DNA from: Tubiluchus corallicola
Taxonomy: Eukaryota > Animalia > Priapulida
Direction: 5' to 3'
DNA: 64,000 nucleotides
Assembly: GCA_030141605.1 (NCBI GenBank)
Contig: JAQGDQ010000092.1
Location: 434,001 to 498,000, forward strand
Positions 61,878-64,000 of the stretch are shown one piece after another. Each line of letters opens with the position of its first letter. The stretch's first letter is position 1. A model generated the notes under the pieces. That model was given only the letters and a program-made list of their open reading frames with translations, had not been told where the DNA came from and did no database searches. The translations under genes were made by a program, and so were the position numbers.

Positions 61878-63799
61878 GTGTATTGGAAAAGCTCTTGCGA
61901 CCCGCGTTTTGTAAAAATGACACGTCGTTTTTAACCATAATAAACAATAATTCTACTAAGTTTCGAGTATCAGCAAGGTTACAATTTATGTAGCTAAAAA
62001 TACTTCCTCGTGTTAGTTAAGATCGTATGTAGTGACTGAGAAAAAAAGGTGTACAAATTTGGAAACAAGATCAGTTTCACAAATAGAAACGAATGCCTAT
62101 AGCTGATAACCGCTCACATATACGTAAAAATCCCAAAAATAATTGAAATCCGCGAGTTATTCATTCATTCGGCCTGCTTTTCCCGAAAGAGCTGAATATT
62201 AAATTACGAATCTTGTATCTGTATTATGGTGTTTGCATCGGTGGTTTTTGTTAAGGAAAGTCTTTCTACAGCTCCAGCTGTTCAATGTGAAGAGGAAAGT
62301 TTTTTCGTCCCTCCTAGTAAACTGCCCACGCAGGTCGAGAAGGAATTTTTGATAATAAATTAAACTTCGATTATTCGAATTACTAAAATAATAAAGAAAT
62401 GGTAAACAATAGGTTTGAACCGTTTTTGTTTGATTAGTTTTTTATCTTGGTCTCATAAATACGTTTCAGGTACTAATCTTAACAATGTGTTTACTCTATG
62501 AGCCTGTTAACTCTTACCCTCTTTGGAGTGATTATATACACAGCATTCGTATTCGCGAAAGCTTGTGTATTAAATCTCAATAGCTTTCATTAACGCTTTC
62601 ACTTGAGATGTCTTTTCTGTGACCTGTACATAATGACTATACATGTAGTAGTATTTAGGCTAAACGAAGACTTTTCTCAATCAGCGTGCTTGATATCACA
62701 CTGATAATATTATTGTTATCATAACACCATTAACATTTGCGTGTTGAAATGAAAATATAGGCTATACCTTACGCAAAATAAATGCCTTTTTGTGATACCA
62801 ACTTTCGCGAAATGTAGTTTCAAGGACTCACAAGTGTCATAATTTTCAACTCGAGCGTAGGCGTTGAGGTCTTTGAATGGGTGAGTCTGATTGCTATTAC
62901 TCTGGCTAGTGGCTAGTAAGCTGTTTTGGCTGTTGTCAAATTACTTATTATTAGTTTGTTTGAGTTCAAGAACTGAAACGTTAAATTTTTTTCATTTTTG
63001 GTTTGTTGGTATAGTTTTTAATTTTTTATGTGGTCAATAAAACATGCATGCATTCCCTTGGTTAGTAAAAGTTTAATGTCGCGAAATTTTTGAATTTTTT
63101 TATACATTAAATTGGCTTGAGCGAGTACATCAATTTGTTGTCATAGGCGTGTCTGGTAATTTAGACAATTTGTGATTTTGATGTTGTAACTTCAGTTTTA
63201 ATGCGGAACTATCACCAATTTGAACTTTGCGTAAAAATTTCTCGTGTCCTTTAACTAGCTCTGTACAGTTGATCGAGTATCATTCAAGATCATGATTCGA
63301 CAACACAACTACAGGTATTCTTGAATCTAAAAATATTTCGCTGGCACTTAAATTGGTTTGTTTAGCTTGAAAATGCAGGCGGCAGAACTTTCTCTATACA
63401 ATAAATTGTACTTGAAATTTCCACCGCTGCCCCTCAACTTGCACAATTAATAGTGTGCAATAATTAATACAGTTTAGTTAAGATACCATACTTTTTAGCT
63501 GTTGTGAATCTAACGCACAATTATTTCCAAAGCCTTGTTGCTTTCACGTGTAGAGGATCATCTATTTTACTATTTTAGTTACATTCTGAGCTTACTATTG
63601 ATTTTCCTTCAGGGGTTTGTCCTATTGTCATTCTTGTCACTGTCTTTGATGTATACACCTTGTAAATTAGAATGAGTGATTACGCGGTAAACGTAGTAGG
63701 CTAACCCCAATTAAACATTGACATAACTATTAATTTGGGTTTTATTTTAGGCCAATTACTGTAGTTAGTATCATATTCTTCCGACCATATTTCCTCTTT

Positions 63800-63980
63800 C
63801 ATTGTAATTTTTCTCTTTCCTTCCATCTCTCTTTCTTCCTCTGTTCCTGCCTCCCTTCTTCCCCTGTTCTCCGATTTTCTTTTTCCTTCCTTCCTTCTCT
63901 CTCTCTCTCTCTCTCTCTCGGAGTCTCTCCTCTGATTCTCTCTCTCCCCCTCTCTCTCTCTCTCTCGCTCTCTCTCTTTC
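63800..63980. repeat. (CT)n polypyrimidine microsatellite
   Basis: Direct reading. Confidence 0.93.
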
Positions 63981-64000
63981 ACACCTTGCTCTTTGCCTTT

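Noticed and set aside
62227-62362. Short ATG ORF as another first exon
   Set aside because: Weak donor (GTCGAG), different phase from the 58382 exon, and no homology recognised.
63701-63982. Glu/Arg-rich ORF
   Set aside because: Translation of a (GA)n microsatellite.

Overview
AT-rich metazoan, probably invertebrate, genomic DNA with GT-AG introns. No prokaryotic features are present. Two complete plus-strand genes can be built exon by exon: legumain/asparaginyl endopeptidase (CDS 28369-41462, 13 coding exons per isoform, 434 aa) and GTPBP2 (CDS 45687-53076, 11 coding exons, 583 aa). The main finding is that legumain carries two intact, diverged 98-nt copies of coding exon 2 (29461-29558 and 30332-30429). 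Only one copy at a time keeps the reading frame, so they look like mutually exclusive exons in the catalytic domain. The window also holds the last two exons of a probable single-pass membrane protein (1-1000), an orphan 287-aa minus-strand ORF (21135-21998), and a probable first coding exon at 58382. A near-identical 7.7-kb tandem duplication spans 3481-18976. Repeats include four LINE remnants, several MITE families, a tRNA/5S-hybrid SINE-like family and simple repeats. All alignments and splice models were made by eye.
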